A stretch of 64,000 bases of DNA from an uncultured Rikenellaceae bacterium. GTDB lineage: Bacteria > Bacteroidota > Bacteroidia > Bacteroidales > VadinHA17. The translations under genes were made by a program, and so were the position numbers. Below, piece by piece: positions 38,171 through 48,304 of the stretch. The stretch spans positions 4,038-68,037 of the forward strand of contig CAZDOM010000002.1 in NCBI GenBank assembly GCA_964507015.1. Reading direction: 5' to 3'. The notes under the pieces are model-generated. The model made no database searches, was not told the DNA's origin, and saw nothing but the letters and a program-made list of their open reading frames with translations. Every line of letters begins with the position of its first letter. Positions within the stretch are counted from its first letter, which is position 1.

Positions 38171-38875
38171 CTAATATGTCTGAATTGAGATCCTGAAGTT
38201 ACCGGTTGCCTTATTGGATTTAATCTCGAATTTCCATGAGCCGGTTTTGTCCTGATTCTCCTCCTTTGAAATTTTGAATGATTTTCTCCAGTTCAGGCTG
38301 CCAAATTCATCAATTAAAATATCAGAATATATCTTACCATTGGGCATGGTTATTTTTATTCTGATGTCACCCGCATGGCAATCGCCATTTACTGACATTA
38401 TTACCGTTTCTGCATTGGGATCAACATCAAAAGTGTAATTCTGTGAAAAGGTTTTCTCCTTTACAGACTTTGAGAAATCCCATGTAGTCCTCTCAGAATC
38501 ACCTGATAAGAATGGGGTCCATGCATTTACCTCCGGTGTTATTATTAAACGATCCGGTGAGGAATAACTGTACCAGTTCCTGCCTGCATCTCCATATATC
38601 CTCATAGCTCTTCCAAAATCATTTGTGTCAATCCTTATCCTGTAATCCTTCATGATTTTGTCGAGATCATAATTTTGTTCCTGAAGAGCCTTCATCATCT
38701 CCTCCTGTGCTTTCTTCTGCTCAGCCATTGCCCGTTTCTGAGCATCAATGACCTCCTGCATCTGATGTTCCTTCTCTTCCTTGGATCTATCCCGTTCCTG
38801 TGCACTAACCCTCTGCAACGGGACTACAAGTGCGAGCAGGAATATTACTGCTGATATTAAACCGATCCTTTTCAT
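38171..38875 (-). CDS. Hypothetical secreted protein with N-terminal coiled-coil segment
   Basis: There is a signal peptide (VPLQRVSAQE), an E/K/Q-rich helix, and a beta-rich C-terminal part. No family motif is recognised. Confidence 0.5.
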   Translation of the reverse strand: MKRIGLISAVIFLLALVVPLQRVSAQERDRSKEEKEHQMQEVIDAQKRAMAEQKKAQEEMMKALQEQNYDLDKIMKDYRIRIDTNDFGRAMRIYGDAGRNWYSYSSPDRLIITPEVNAWTPFLSGDSERTTWDFSKSVKEKTFSQNYTFDVDPNAETVIMSVNGDCHAGDIRIKITMPNGKIYSDILIDEFGSLNWRKSFKISKEENQDKTGSWKFEIKSNKATGNFRISIQTY

Positions 38876-39022
38876 GACTGCCGTTTTTATTATATTTCAG
38901 ATCAAATATAAGGCCGTTATTGACAGAATTTTGTTAATACAGAGTTAATACCGGGTTAATGATTCAAGTATTATAATAACCTATTGCCAAAAAATAGATA
39001 TTTTTGAATATAAATATTATTT

Positions 39023-40414
39023 ATGCGCAAGAGGAATACAGTTTTGATCCTGGGTATTACAGCTTTTGTCATCATGGTAATTGCACAGGTTATAATTATC
39101 TGGGGAGGATGGAAAAAGGTAGATGAGATGCTCTACCTCCGATACAGGTCTTTAGCCCAGGAAGCAAATGCATCACTCAGAGGTTCAAGATCGATGGTGT
39201 TTGATACAGTCAGTTACCTGCTTGATTATTATACTGAATCGTTAGTAAGCGAACTCCCGCAGTTAAAGGATGAGAAACAATTGCAGACCAAAAAAGATGA
39301 GATTTTTGAATATTTCTCAACCGTCCTTAACAGGGAACAGGACCTCTCAACATATCTTTCAGACTTTTTTGCAAACCAGGGTTCTGAAAGCGAGTTCAAC
39401 CACAGAATAATAATTAACAATCTTGAAATACTTACACCGGATACAATAGTGATTTACAGGGATCCTTCATTCAGGGAAAGAAGAATGTCACGCGACATTG
39501 AAGGATTGGCACATTCAATTAAAGGATCAACTTCAACTATTCTTGTTACCCGGCCATGGTTCGACAGGAATAATTACATCCTGAATTTTAGTTATTACAT
39601 AGATTTTACCTTCAAGAGAACTATGATCCTGAAAGAGCTTTCAGCATCCCTGGCAATGAGCATTTTCAGCATCCTGACAGTGATAATGATCTTTCTTTAT
39701 ACATACCGTAACCTCATGGAAGAAAAGAGATTATCAAATCTCAAGACAGATTTTATTAATAATATGACCCATGAGCTTAAAACACCGCTTGCAACAATTA
39801 CTGTAGCAGGCAAGACACTTGAAATGGAAAAGATTCGCACAGATGAATCCAAAATACTCGAAACAGCAAAACTGATAGGAAAACAAAGTATTCATCTTAA
39901 CCAGCTTATTAATATGATACTGGAAATAAGTATGTGGGAAAGAACAGAGTTCCAGTTAGATAAGAAGAAGGTGGATATTGAAGAGATCATGAATGATATT
40001 GTATCGAGTTTCCGGACAGGGTGCGGTGATTGTACTTCACTAAAAGAGAAATATACTTTTAACGGCTTAAAAGCTGATATCGATCTTGTCTATTTCACAA
40101 CTCTTATCAATAACCTCCTTTCAAATGCTGTCAAATACTCCGAAAAGGAACCTGTTATCAATATCGAAGGTAAAACTGATAGTAATAGTATATCTATCAG
40201 TATTTCCGATAATGGAATCGGGATAAGCAAAAGTGACCAGAAACATGTTTTTGATAAATTTTATCGTGCCTCTTCAGGTAATATCCACAAGTATAAAGGT
40301 CTTGGGCTGGGACTTTATTATGTGAAGAAAATTGCAACAGCTCATGGAGGAGATGTCACTGTAAGCAGTAAACCGGGAAAAGGTAGTATATTTACAGTAA
40401 CGTTACCTTATTAG
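39023..40414 (+). CDS. Sensor histidine kinase (two transmembrane segments, periplasmic sensor, HisKA + HATPase_c)
   Basis: The H-box is MTHELKTPLATI, the N-box is NLLSNAVKYS, G1 is DNGIGI, and G2 is GLGLGLYYV. Confidence 0.88.
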   Translation: MRKRNTVLILGITAFVIMVIAQVIIIWGGWKKVDEMLYLRYRSLAQEANASLRGSRSMVFDTVSYLLDYYTESLVSELPQLKDEKQLQTKKDEIFEYFSTVLNREQDLSTYLSDFFANQGSESEFNHRIIINNLEILTPDTIVIYRDPSFRERRMSRDIEGLAHSIKGSTSTILVTRPWFDRNNYILNFSYYIDFTFKRTMILKELSASLAMSIFSILTVIMIFLYTYRNLMEEKRLSNLKTDFINNMTHELKTPLATITVAGKTLEMEKIRTDESKILETAKLIGKQSIHLNQLINMILEISMWERTEFQLDKKKVDIEEIMNDIVSSFRTGCGDCTSLKEKYTFNGLKADIDLVYFTTLINNLLSNAVKYSEKEPVINIEGKTDSNSISISISDNGIGISKSDQKHVFDKFYRASSGNIHKYKGLGLGLYYVKKIATAHGGDVTVSSKPGKGSIFTVTLPY

Positions 40415-40429
40415 GATATTTATTGGATT

Positions 40430-41110
40430 ATGAAAATTTTATTAGCAGAAGACGACAGGGATTTCGGTAATATACTATCGCAGTATGTTACAATTAACGG
40501 CTTTGATGTAATTCTGGCCAGGGATGGCAGCGAAGCATGGCAACTGTTTTTACATGAAAAACCTGATATATGTGTACTTGATGTGATGATGCCCGAGATG
40601 GATGGGTTTACCCTGGGTGAAAAGATAAAAAAAGAATCACCGGAAATGCCTGTAATTTTCCTGACAGCAAAAAGTCTCAAGGAAGATATTGTAAGGGGAT
40701 TAAAGATCGGAGCGGATGACTATATCACCAAACCTTTTGATCCTGAAGTCCTTATACTCAAAATCAATAATATTCTAAAGAGGGTCTATTCATCTTCAAA
40801 TGATGAATATAAGATCTCAAACACAATTCTTAAGTACAACACACTTGAACTTATATGCGGAAAAACAAAAGAAAAACTTACCCTGAAAGAGGCTCAGCTT
40901 CTCAAATATTTTATTATCAATAAGAATAAGATCCTCGCCAGAGAAGATATCCTGACAGAAATCTGGGGAGAAGATGATTACTTCCTTGGAAGAAGTATGG
41001 ATGTTTTTATAAGTCGTTTGCGTAAATACATTTCAGAAGACGGAAATATTGATATCCGTACCGTAAGGGGAACAGGGTTTATTCTTGAGGAAATCGACAA
41101 GGAGAAATAA
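40430..41110 (+). CDS. OmpR-family response regulator (receiver + winged-helix DNA binding)
   Basis: The receiver has ILLAEDD...DVMMPEMDG...LTAK. The C-terminal trans_reg_C-like region reads LTLKEAQLLKYF...VFISRLRKYI...IRTVRGTGF. Confidence 0.88.
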   Translation: MKILLAEDDRDFGNILSQYVTINGFDVILARDGSEAWQLFLHEKPDICVLDVMMPEMDGFTLGEKIKKESPEMPVIFLTAKSLKEDIVRGLKIGADDYITKPFDPEVLILKINNILKRVYSSSNDEYKISNTILKYNTLELICGKTKEKLTLKEAQLLKYFIINKNKILAREDILTEIWGEDDYFLGRSMDVFISRLRKYISEDGNIDIRTVRGTGFILEEIDKEK

Positions 41111-41113
41111 AAA

Positions 41114-41180
41114 GTTGCAGGTTACAAGTTGCAGGTTACAAGTTGAAACAACCTAAAACGTGTAACTTGCAACATGTAAC
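41114..41180. terminator. Imperfect hairpin built from 7-nt periodic repeats between convergent genes; the T-run lies on the minus strand
   Basis: The left arm is GTTGCAG GTTACAA GTTGCAG GTTACAA GTTG (41114-41145). The right arm is TGTAACT TGCAACA TGTAAC (41161-41180). Positions 41121-41140 pair with 41161-41180 with one A.A mismatch and one G.U pair. The minus-strand transcript continues CTGCAAC-TTTTTATTT. Confidence 0.45.
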
Positions 41181-41199
41181 ATATAATATATTATAAATT

Positions 41200-42309
41200 T
41201 TATTTTGTAGACCCCAGAATTTCACTTACTTTATTATAGAGGCCTTCTCCTCTCAGGTTCCTGGCTATTATAATTCCATTCTCATCAATGATGAAGTTTG
41301 CCGGTATTGCGTTAACTGCATATAGTTTCGCGGCTGAGTTATTCCAATACTGAAGATCAGATACATGTGTCCAGGTAAGATGGTCATCAGCAATAGCTTT
41401 TACCCAGTCTTCCTTGCTTCTGTCGAGTGACACACCGAAAACATCAAATCCCTTCTTATGGAATTCCTTGTATACTTTAACAACATTCGGATTTTCCTGG
41501 CGGCATGGATTACACCAGGCTGCCCAAAAGTCGATAAGCAGTACTTTTGCGCCAATCTTTGACGAGAGCGCTACCGGGTTGCCATCAACATCATTCATTG
41601 TAAAATCAGGAGCTTTCTGTCCTACAGCAACGGCTTTCATAACCTGAGCTCTGGCCATAAGATCCTGTGCTACAGGAGATTGAGCGACATCCGCATTCAG
41701 AGCATTGAGAGCTTCCTCAATTTCAGTGGCATCCATTTCATAACTTAGACTCCTCAATATACTAGGAGTAACAAATGATGAGGGATTGTTCTTCACAAAA
41801 TCCTTCTCAAGCTGGGTCATATCAGCCTGTATTTTTTCTGCTTCCTTTTCAATCCTTGCTATCTCTTCTGTATTATTTGTCTGGCGTGCAGACTGGTATT
41901 CGGCATACAGACTAGAATATTTCTCACTTAATGGTTTGTTTGAATCAATAAAAGACTGATATTCATCCTCTGTTTTTGAGCCTGTAATAACTGCATTAAA
42001 AAGTGAATCAAGCTTCCCGTTTATACTAATATCGGAATTTTCGATATAAAAAGAGACTCTTTGCATTGTATTCACTGCAACAAGCTGTACCATATCCGGA
42101 TAAACAACAGTTCCCTTCATCTTAAAGGATCCTTTCTTTGAAATTGCCGAATCAATATTTACAATAGCACCTGCTTCTCTTTTCTGTAAAACAAATGTCA
42201 CACTGTCGGAACCCTCAATATTCCCTTTAATAGTATAATGAGGTTCAGAGCTGCAGCTAGCAATAATTACTGCAATAAATAACAAATAAAATGTTTTCTT
42301 CATATTCAA
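41200..42309 (-). CDS. TlpA-family thiol:disulfide oxidoreductase lipoprotein (DUF4369-like N-terminus + thioredoxin domain)
   Basis: The lipobox is IIASC. The thioredoxin active site is FWAAWCNPC. Confidence 0.8.
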   Translation of the reverse strand: MNMKKTFYLLFIAVIIASCSSEPHYTIKGNIEGSDSVTFVLQKREAGAIVNIDSAISKKGSFKMKGTVVYPDMVQLVAVNTMQRVSFYIENSDISINGKLDSLFNAVITGSKTEDEYQSFIDSNKPLSEKYSSLYAEYQSARQTNNTEEIARIEKEAEKIQADMTQLEKDFVKNNPSSFVTPSILRSLSYEMDATEIEEALNALNADVAQSPVAQDLMARAQVMKAVAVGQKAPDFTMNDVDGNPVALSSKIGAKVLLIDFWAAWCNPCRQENPNVVKVYKEFHKKGFDVFGVSLDRSKEDWVKAIADDHLTWTHVSDLQYWNNSAAKLYAVNAIPANFIIDENGIIIARNLRGEGLYNKVSEILGSTK

Positions 42310-42367
42310 TAGTTTTTAATTATTTCTCAGATTAACAATCACATCCGCGGCGCAAATATATCAATAA

Positions 42368-43450
42368 TTATGACCTTTTAAAATATTTATCAATTAAATA
42401 GACAGCTGCCCTGTAGGAGGTAATTTTACCTTTCTTAAGCATGTTTTCCAGATGTGGTTTTGCCTTTTTCACATTTTCGTCATCATGGAATGATTTGTTC
42501 AGGTATTCCATAATTGCATCATTCATTCTCAACACAGCCTGTTCTTTTCTGTTTTCATCAAAGTATCCGTTAGTTTTAATAAAAACAATATACTCGTTAA
42601 TTTGTTTCCACAATTCCCCGATTCCTTTGTTTTCATAAGCAGAACATACCATTACACGGGGCTTCCAGCCCGACTGATGTGAAGGGTAAAATGTAATTGC
42701 ATTCTGGAAGAGGATTCTTGTCTTCTCAGCTGCAACCCTGTTCGATCCATCAGCTTTGGTAATGGCTATAATGTCTGCCATTTCCATAATCCCCCGTTTT
42801 ATTCCCTGCAACTCATCTCCTCCTCCTGTCAACATTAGCAGAAGGAAAAAATCAACCATTGAATGAACAGTAAATTCGGACTGCCCTACTCCAACGGTTT
42901 CAACAAGGACAGTATCAAAACCAGCCGCCTCACATAGTATTATTGTTTCCCTTGTTTTCCTTGCAACACCACCCAGTATACCTGAGGCAGGCGATGGTCT
43001 TACATAGGCATTCTGATTTACACTTAGTTTCTCCATCCTGGTTTTATCACCAAGGATACTTCCCTTTGTTTTCTTACTGCTGGGATCTATTGCCAGTACA
43101 GCAACTTTCCTGCCCTGTCCTGTCAAATATAATCCGAATGTCTCTATAAATGTGCTTTTCCCTACTCCGGGCACACCGGTAATACCCATCCTGACAGAAT
43201 CTCCACTATGGGGAAGACACTTCTCTATAACTGTCTGGATAGTATCCTGATGTTCAGGTAATGAGCTTTCCGTCAGTGTTATAGCTCTGCTTAGTATTGT
43301 TCTGTTTCCGGACAGGATCCCGGAAATATACTCCTCCACAGAGTACTGTTTTCGTTTCCTGGGTGTTCTTTTCTCAAAAACTTCAGGATTAATATTAGGG
43401 GGCTGTTCAATCCCTTTCTGAATCTTAAGTGACTTGTGATATTTCTCCAT
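42368..43450 (-). CDS. meaB: Methylmalonyl-CoA mutase-associated G3E GTPase MeaB/ArgK
   Basis: The P-loop is GVPGVGKSTF. Further motifs are VLAIDPSS, ...ETVGVGQSE and ...ITKAD (NKxD-like). Confidence 0.8.
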   Translation of the reverse strand: MEKYHKSLKIQKGIEQPPNINPEVFEKRTPRKRKQYSVEEYISGILSGNRTILSRAITLTESSLPEHQDTIQTVIEKCLPHSGDSVRMGITGVPGVGKSTFIETFGLYLTGQGRKVAVLAIDPSSKKTKGSILGDKTRMEKLSVNQNAYVRPSPASGILGGVARKTRETIILCEAAGFDTVLVETVGVGQSEFTVHSMVDFFLLLMLTGGGDELQGIKRGIMEMADIIAITKADGSNRVAAEKTRILFQNAITFYPSHQSGWKPRVMVCSAYENKGIGELWKQINEYIVFIKTNGYFDENRKEQAVLRMNDAIMEYLNKSFHDDENVKKAKPHLENMLKKGKITSYRAAVYLIDKYFKRS

Positions 43451-43470
43451 TGAGGAAATTTAACAGTGTA

Positions 43471-43510
43471 AAAATAAGAAAAGGGTGTCAAACTGTTATC
43501 TGCCACCCTT
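43471..43510 (-). terminator. Rho-independent terminator after the DUF1573 gene
   Basis: The stem AAGGGTG (43481-43487) / CACCCTT (43504-43510) is followed on the minus strand by TTTCTTATTTT. Confidence 0.45.
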
Positions 43511-43539
43511 TTATATTCAGACTAATTTCAGAATCTTAA

Positions 43540-44631
43540 TTACTGGCCTGAAGCTTCCTGTTCAACATTTGCTGTCAGCATCAGAACAGCTTCTGATTTT
43601 TTAGGATCGTTGGTATAAACATAGATTGCCTTGGTTACTTTTCCTTTGTAACTTCCTGAGTTGAAGACAGCTTTTATTGAACTTGATTCACCCGGTTTTA
43701 TTCCAACACCGAGGTTCCCCTGCTGAACTGCCGTACAACCGCATGTAGAACGTATATGTCTGATAATCAGGTCAGATTTTCCATCGTTTGTAAATGCAAA
43801 CTCAACCTCATTTTGTGTTTTGCCAGGAATTTTCCCGAGATCAACTGTTGTGGCAGCAATGTTGAAAACCGGGGCATTTTCCATATCTTCCTTTGTCATG
43901 GATGAAAAATCTTCAACCAGGTTTGCCGATACATAATAGTAGACATTTTCCTGAGTCACATCATCAATTTTAATCTTAACCATGTCACTTACATTTCCCC
44001 AGCTATCGTTTTTCGTTGCATCATAGGTTCCTTCGATAATACCTTTCTGTCCTGGCTTCAATGTTTCGGGATTGGCTTTTAGCTGCAGGTGAGCAGGCAA
44101 CCTGTCAAATCCAATTTTCACAGGCTTATCGGAAGTATTAACGACCTGCATCACCCTTATTTTCTTTTCTGTCTTTTTAATTTTTGTAAAAGCAAGATGA
44201 TTACTCTCGAATCTTACAGAACCGACCGGGAAGGTAAATAACTCTTCGATAGTCTTCTCCCGAGGGATAACTTCACCCTTTATTGTCAGTACAACCACTT
44301 TCGGGTTTGAATTGGAATAAACTGAAAGTGTTTTGTTAAACTGCCCGGGACGATTACTGGGATCATAGTTTGCCATGATTTTACCTTTTCCTCCTGCCGG
44401 TATCGGTTCCCTTGTCCAGTCAGGTTGTGTGCAACCACAGGAGGCAACGATATTCTGAATGACCAGGGGAGAATTCCCTGTATTGGTAACAACAAATTCA
44501 TAGCTTTGCTTGCCGTCTTCCTCCTTGAAGGTGCCAAAATTATGTTCCTTATCAGATAGTTGCAATACAGCCTGTGAGAACCCTGAAGCACTCAGTAACA
44601 GGATTGGCAATAAAATAAGTATTCTTTTCAT
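43540..44631 (-). CDS. DUF1573 domain-containing secreted protein (two DUF1573 repeats)
   Basis: There is a signal peptide and two copies of the family motif (VASCGCTQPDWT, RSTCGCTAV). Confidence 0.75.
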   Translation of the reverse strand: MKRILILLPILLLSASGFSQAVLQLSDKEHNFGTFKEEDGKQSYEFVVTNTGNSPLVIQNIVASCGCTQPDWTREPIPAGGKGKIMANYDPSNRPGQFNKTLSVYSNSNPKVVVLTIKGEVIPREKTIEELFTFPVGSVRFESNHLAFTKIKKTEKKIRVMQVVNTSDKPVKIGFDRLPAHLQLKANPETLKPGQKGIIEGTYDATKNDSWGNVSDMVKIKIDDVTQENVYYYVSANLVEDFSSMTKEDMENAPVFNIAATTVDLGKIPGKTQNEVEFAFTNDGKSDLIIRHIRSTCGCTAVQQGNLGVGIKPGESSSIKAVFNSGSYKGKVTKAIYVYTNDPKKSEAVLMLTANVEQEASGQ

Positions 44632-44899
44632 TTTATAATTTATTGTGTTTAGACATAATAATTCCGGTAATAAACTGGTTTTTCATATTAACTATTCTGC
44701 AAGGCAATTGGTTGCATACTAGTATACAAAAATCGGACCGGGATATCAAAGAACCATTTTCACTGACAAAAATAAGAAACTTTAACTTTTTAAACATAAT
44801 ATCATTAGTTTTGTTGACTGATATTGATCATCTGCTGTTAATTGGAACAGAATTTGCGGCCGGAAATACTAATTGCACGATAAGCCTGTAAAAATATCT

Positions 44900-47800
44900 A
44901 TGAAAAAGAGCTGGGGACTGATAATCATAACATTGACCTTCGTTTTCTCATTTGATGCCTATGGTCAGTTCTATAATGGGCACCAGATGAACTTTGGGAA
45001 GAACAGGGTTCAATACTATGATTATTACTGGCAGTTTTACAGGTTTGATAATTTTGACTGCTATTTCAACGAATTCGGTCGTGAGCTGGCTCAATACACC
45101 GCAGACATAGCAACTAAAAAGCTTGAGGAAATTGAGGACTTCTTTGACTATTCCATTGAAAAGAGGCTGATATTCATCATCTATAACAAAAATGCAGAAT
45201 ACAAACAGACTAACATGGGACTAGTTACTGCCGATGAAGATAGCTATAACACAGGTGGATTCAGCAGGATAATTGAAAACAAGGTAATGCTCTATTATGA
45301 AGGTGATCATGAAAGTTATCAGAAACAGATAGCTGAATCAATTACTGAGGTTATCATAAATGAAATGTTGTATAATGCTGATGTGAAAGACAGAATTTCA
45401 AGTTCTTCTGTTATCAATATGCCTGATTGGTATATTAAAGGACTTATTCATTATGTGGCATACGGCTGGGATTTAAAAGCTGAAAACAGGGTAAAGGATG
45501 GTTTTAGCACAAAGAAATATAAGAATATCAGCAATCTTGAAAATGAAGATGCAGTAATTGCCGGTCTCTCTTTCTGGAGGTTTCTTGGCATAAAATACGG
45601 AGATGCACTGATACCAAATATCATTTATCTGACAAAAGTCTATAAAAATACAGATGACGGATTTTTATATGTTATAGGAAAGGATCTTAAAGATCTCCTT
45701 AATGAGTGGAAAGAATTTTACAGGAATGAATATTCCAATGACCGCAATCTTCCGGGTAATGATCAGAATACTGTCAGGAGGTCAAAAAAAGAACAGACAT
45801 ACCAGACAGAAAGGATAAGTCCCGATGGAAGATATATTGCTTATGTGACAAATGACTGGGGCAGAAAAAGAGTTTGGTTATATGACAAAACTACTGAAAA
45901 ACCCAGGATAATTTTCAGGGCTGAACCCAGATTTGAACAGATCATCGATGAATCTTACCCTGTAATAGGCTGGCATCCCAGCGGCAAGATACTGACAATT
46001 ATAAACGAACAAAAGGCCGCCATAGCAATGTATTTCTACAGGGTTGATGAAAAATCAACTGAAAAGCGTAACCTCCTCTATTTTGACAAGATCCTTGATT
46101 TCTCCTATTCCCCGGAAGGATCCAGACTTATTTTTTCTGCTGTGAAAGACGGCATTACAGATATTTACATACATACTATTGCTTCAGGTACAAATGAGCA
46201 GATAACAAGAGATCTGGCTGATGATCATAATCCGTCATTCCTGAATGGAAATCCTGATGAAATTATCTTTTCATCAAACAGGTTGTCTGATACTCTTTCA
46301 AATAGAGCTGACCCATTTGAAAAGACAGGATTAACATTTGACCTGTTTACATACAATATTGCTGAAAATAATAAGGTTCTTACACGCTTATCAGAAGGTA
46401 AGTATACAAGCCGTTACTTACCTACCGGAACATCGGGAATAGGATTCGCATATATAGGAGATCAAAATGGGATTCTCAACAGGTATACAGCTACATTTGA
46501 CAGTGCAATAAGTTATATCGATACTGTTATTCACTACAGGTATTTTATTAATTCTCTGCCTGTTACAAATTATGACAGAAATATTGAAGACCATTCGGTA
46601 GCAGGCAATATTGATGATTACGGAGAAGTCATATTCAGTAAAGGAAGATATCTGGTAAAAGAGGGAAAAATGAGCAGTACTAATCCTGTTCCCGAAGATG
46701 AAATGCAGGTTACGGCCTTCAGGAAAGAGAGGACCAGAATTCTCCAGGAGGCTGATAGTATTAACCAGATAAGAGAGTGGCTCATTGCAGAAGACAGGAG
46801 AAGAAGGGATACTCTTACCAAACCATTATATGAATACTATATTAAGGATGAACCTATTGATATAACACATTACATTTTTGAAAAAGAAAAACAGAACTAC
46901 TACGAGCAGATATGGCGTAAGGATTATATGGACATAGATCTCGATACCGGCAGACTGAATCTTCCTTTGATAAGGATATATGAAACCTCCTTCTATAACA
47001 ATTATATTGCAAACCAGATAGATTTTTCATTCCTGAACAATTCTTATCAGGTTTACAACGGTGGAGCACCATATTTTAATCCCGGAATCAATATGCTGAC
47101 ACGTATCGGTGCAATTGATCTTTTTGAAAACTACCGGATCACAGGTGGATTCAGGTTCTCAGGTAATTTTAACAGTAATGAATATCTTGTAAGTGTAGAA
47201 AATCTTAAGGGTAAGTTTGATAAACAACTTATATTTCACAGGCAGGCATTTTTCAGTTCGGATGGATCGAATAATTATTTCAAGACACACACCCATAACA
47301 TTTATCTTTCATATTCCAAGCCCCTTTCTCCGGTACTTGCACTCAAAGGAACGGTAGCTTACAGATATGACCGTCATGTTTACCTGGCCACAGACGTGGC
47401 ATCACTGAGTAGCGAAAACCTTGCCCGACACTGGGTTAGTCTTAAAGGTGAACTCATCTATGACAATACAAGGAAAAGAAGTGTAAACATATATTATGGG
47501 ACCAGATATAAGATTTTCGGTGAGTATTATAAAGAGATAACCTACGAAAAATCTGATATGATTGTTATAGGAATCGATTTCAGAAAATATATCAAAATCC
47601 ACAGGGAACTTATTTGGGCAAACAGGTTTGCTGCAAGCACCTCATACGGCCCTACCAAACTTGTCTATTACCTTGGTGGTGTTGATAACTGGATGGGATA
47701 CCTGTTCAACAAATATCCCATGTTTGACAACACTATCCAGGTAAGTCAAAAGATGAATTATGGGTTTCAGGCAATAGCGACAAACCTCCGCGGCTTCAGT

Positions 47801-48178
47801 CAGAATATCAGAAACGGGAACAATTTTGCCCTTATAAACAGTGAAATAAGATGGCCGGTAATCAGGTATTTTGCAGGCCATCCGCTACGGTCAAACTTCC
47901 TTAACAGTATTCAGGTAGTTGCTTTTGGTGATATTGGCACAGCATGGACAGGTAAATCACCATGGTCGGGAGAAAATGCCTGGGACACTGAAACATTTAA
48001 AAACGGACCGGTAACAGTCGTTCTCGATTCAAACCGTGAGCCAATTGTTTCAGGATTTGGAGCAGGTGTAAGAGCTCAATTGCTGGGATATTTTGTAAGA
48101 GCCGACTGGGCATGGGGTATCGAGAATAAATATATTTTACCAAGGATATTCTACCTCTCTTTCAGTCTCGATTTTTAA
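44900..48178 (+). CDS. Large outer-membrane protein with TolB/PD40-like beta-propeller repeats and an Omp85-like C-terminal beta-barrel
   Basis: The signal peptide starts at the ATG at 44900 (MKKSWGLIIITLTFVFSFDAYGQ). SPDG/SPEG repeats are present. The C-terminus reads ...RADWAWGIENKYILPRIFYLSFSLDF, ending in an aromatic residue. The product name is inferred. Confidence 0.6.
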   Translation: MKKSWGLIIITLTFVFSFDAYGQFYNGHQMNFGKNRVQYYDYYWQFYRFDNFDCYFNEFGRELAQYTADIATKKLEEIEDFFDYSIEKRLIFIIYNKNAEYKQTNMGLVTADEDSYNTGGFSRIIENKVMLYYEGDHESYQKQIAESITEVIINEMLYNADVKDRISSSSVINMPDWYIKGLIHYVAYGWDLKAENRVKDGFSTKKYKNISNLENEDAVIAGLSFWRFLGIKYGDALIPNIIYLTKVYKNTDDGFLYVIGKDLKDLLNEWKEFYRNEYSNDRNLPGNDQNTVRRSKKEQTYQTERISPDGRYIAYVTNDWGRKRVWLYDKTTEKPRIIFRAEPRFEQIIDESYPVIGWHPSGKILTIINEQKAAIAMYFYRVDEKSTEKRNLLYFDKILDFSYSPEGSRLIFSAVKDGITDIYIHTIASGTNEQITRDLADDHNPSFLNGNPDEIIFSSNRLSDTLSNRADPFEKTGLTFDLFTYNIAENNKVLTRLSEGKYTSRYLPTGTSGIGFAYIGDQNGILNRYTATFDSAISYIDTVIHYRYFINSLPVTNYDRNIEDHSVAGNIDDYGEVIFSKGRYLVKEGKMSSTNPVPEDEMQVTAFRKERTRILQEADSINQIREWLIAEDRRRRDTLTKPLYEYYIKDEPIDITHYIFEKEKQNYYEQIWRKDYMDIDLDTGRLNLPLIRIYETSFYNNYIANQIDFSFLNNSYQVYNGGAPYFNPGINMLTRIGAIDLFENYRITGGFRFSGNFNSNEYLVSVENLKGKFDKQLIFHRQAFFSSDGSNNYFKTHTHNIYLSYSKPLSPVLALKGTVAYRYDRHVYLATDVASLSSENLARHWVSLKGELIYDNTRKRSVNIYYGTRYKIFGEYYKEITYEKSDMIVIGIDFRKYIKIHRELIWANRFAASTSYGPTKLVYYLGGVDNWMGYLFNKYPMFDNTIQVSQKMNYGFQAIATNLRGFSQNIRNGNNFALINSEIRWPVIRYFAGHPLRSNFLNSIQVVAFGDIGTAWTGKSPWSGENAWDTETFKNGPVTVVLDSNREPIVSGFGAGVRAQLLGYFVRADWAWGIENKYILPRIFYLSFSLDF

Positions 48179-48256
48179 TTGCCTGGTACCTTCTCAAAAA
48201 ACTGGTATCGTACCTGAATATTCTTTTGATATTTTTTTTAATTTAGAAAATTTGGG

Positions 48257-48264
48257 TAGTTTTG
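48257..48264 (+). promoter_or_regulatory. Candidate -7 box TAGTTTTG for the ferredoxin gene
   Basis: This is a perfect TAnnTTTG match 40 nt upstream of the ATG at 48305. Confidence 0.35.
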
Positions 48265-48304
48265 TACACTTATCTCTATAATACATACAATAAAAATAAA
48301 AAAT

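Noticed and set aside
44643-44891. 82-aa + strand ORF in the 268-bp divergent intergenic region
   Set aside because: It lies in AT-rich promoter DNA and contains a TAGTTTTG box at 44806-44813. It has an odd composition, and the real downstream gene has a clear signal peptide starting at 44900.
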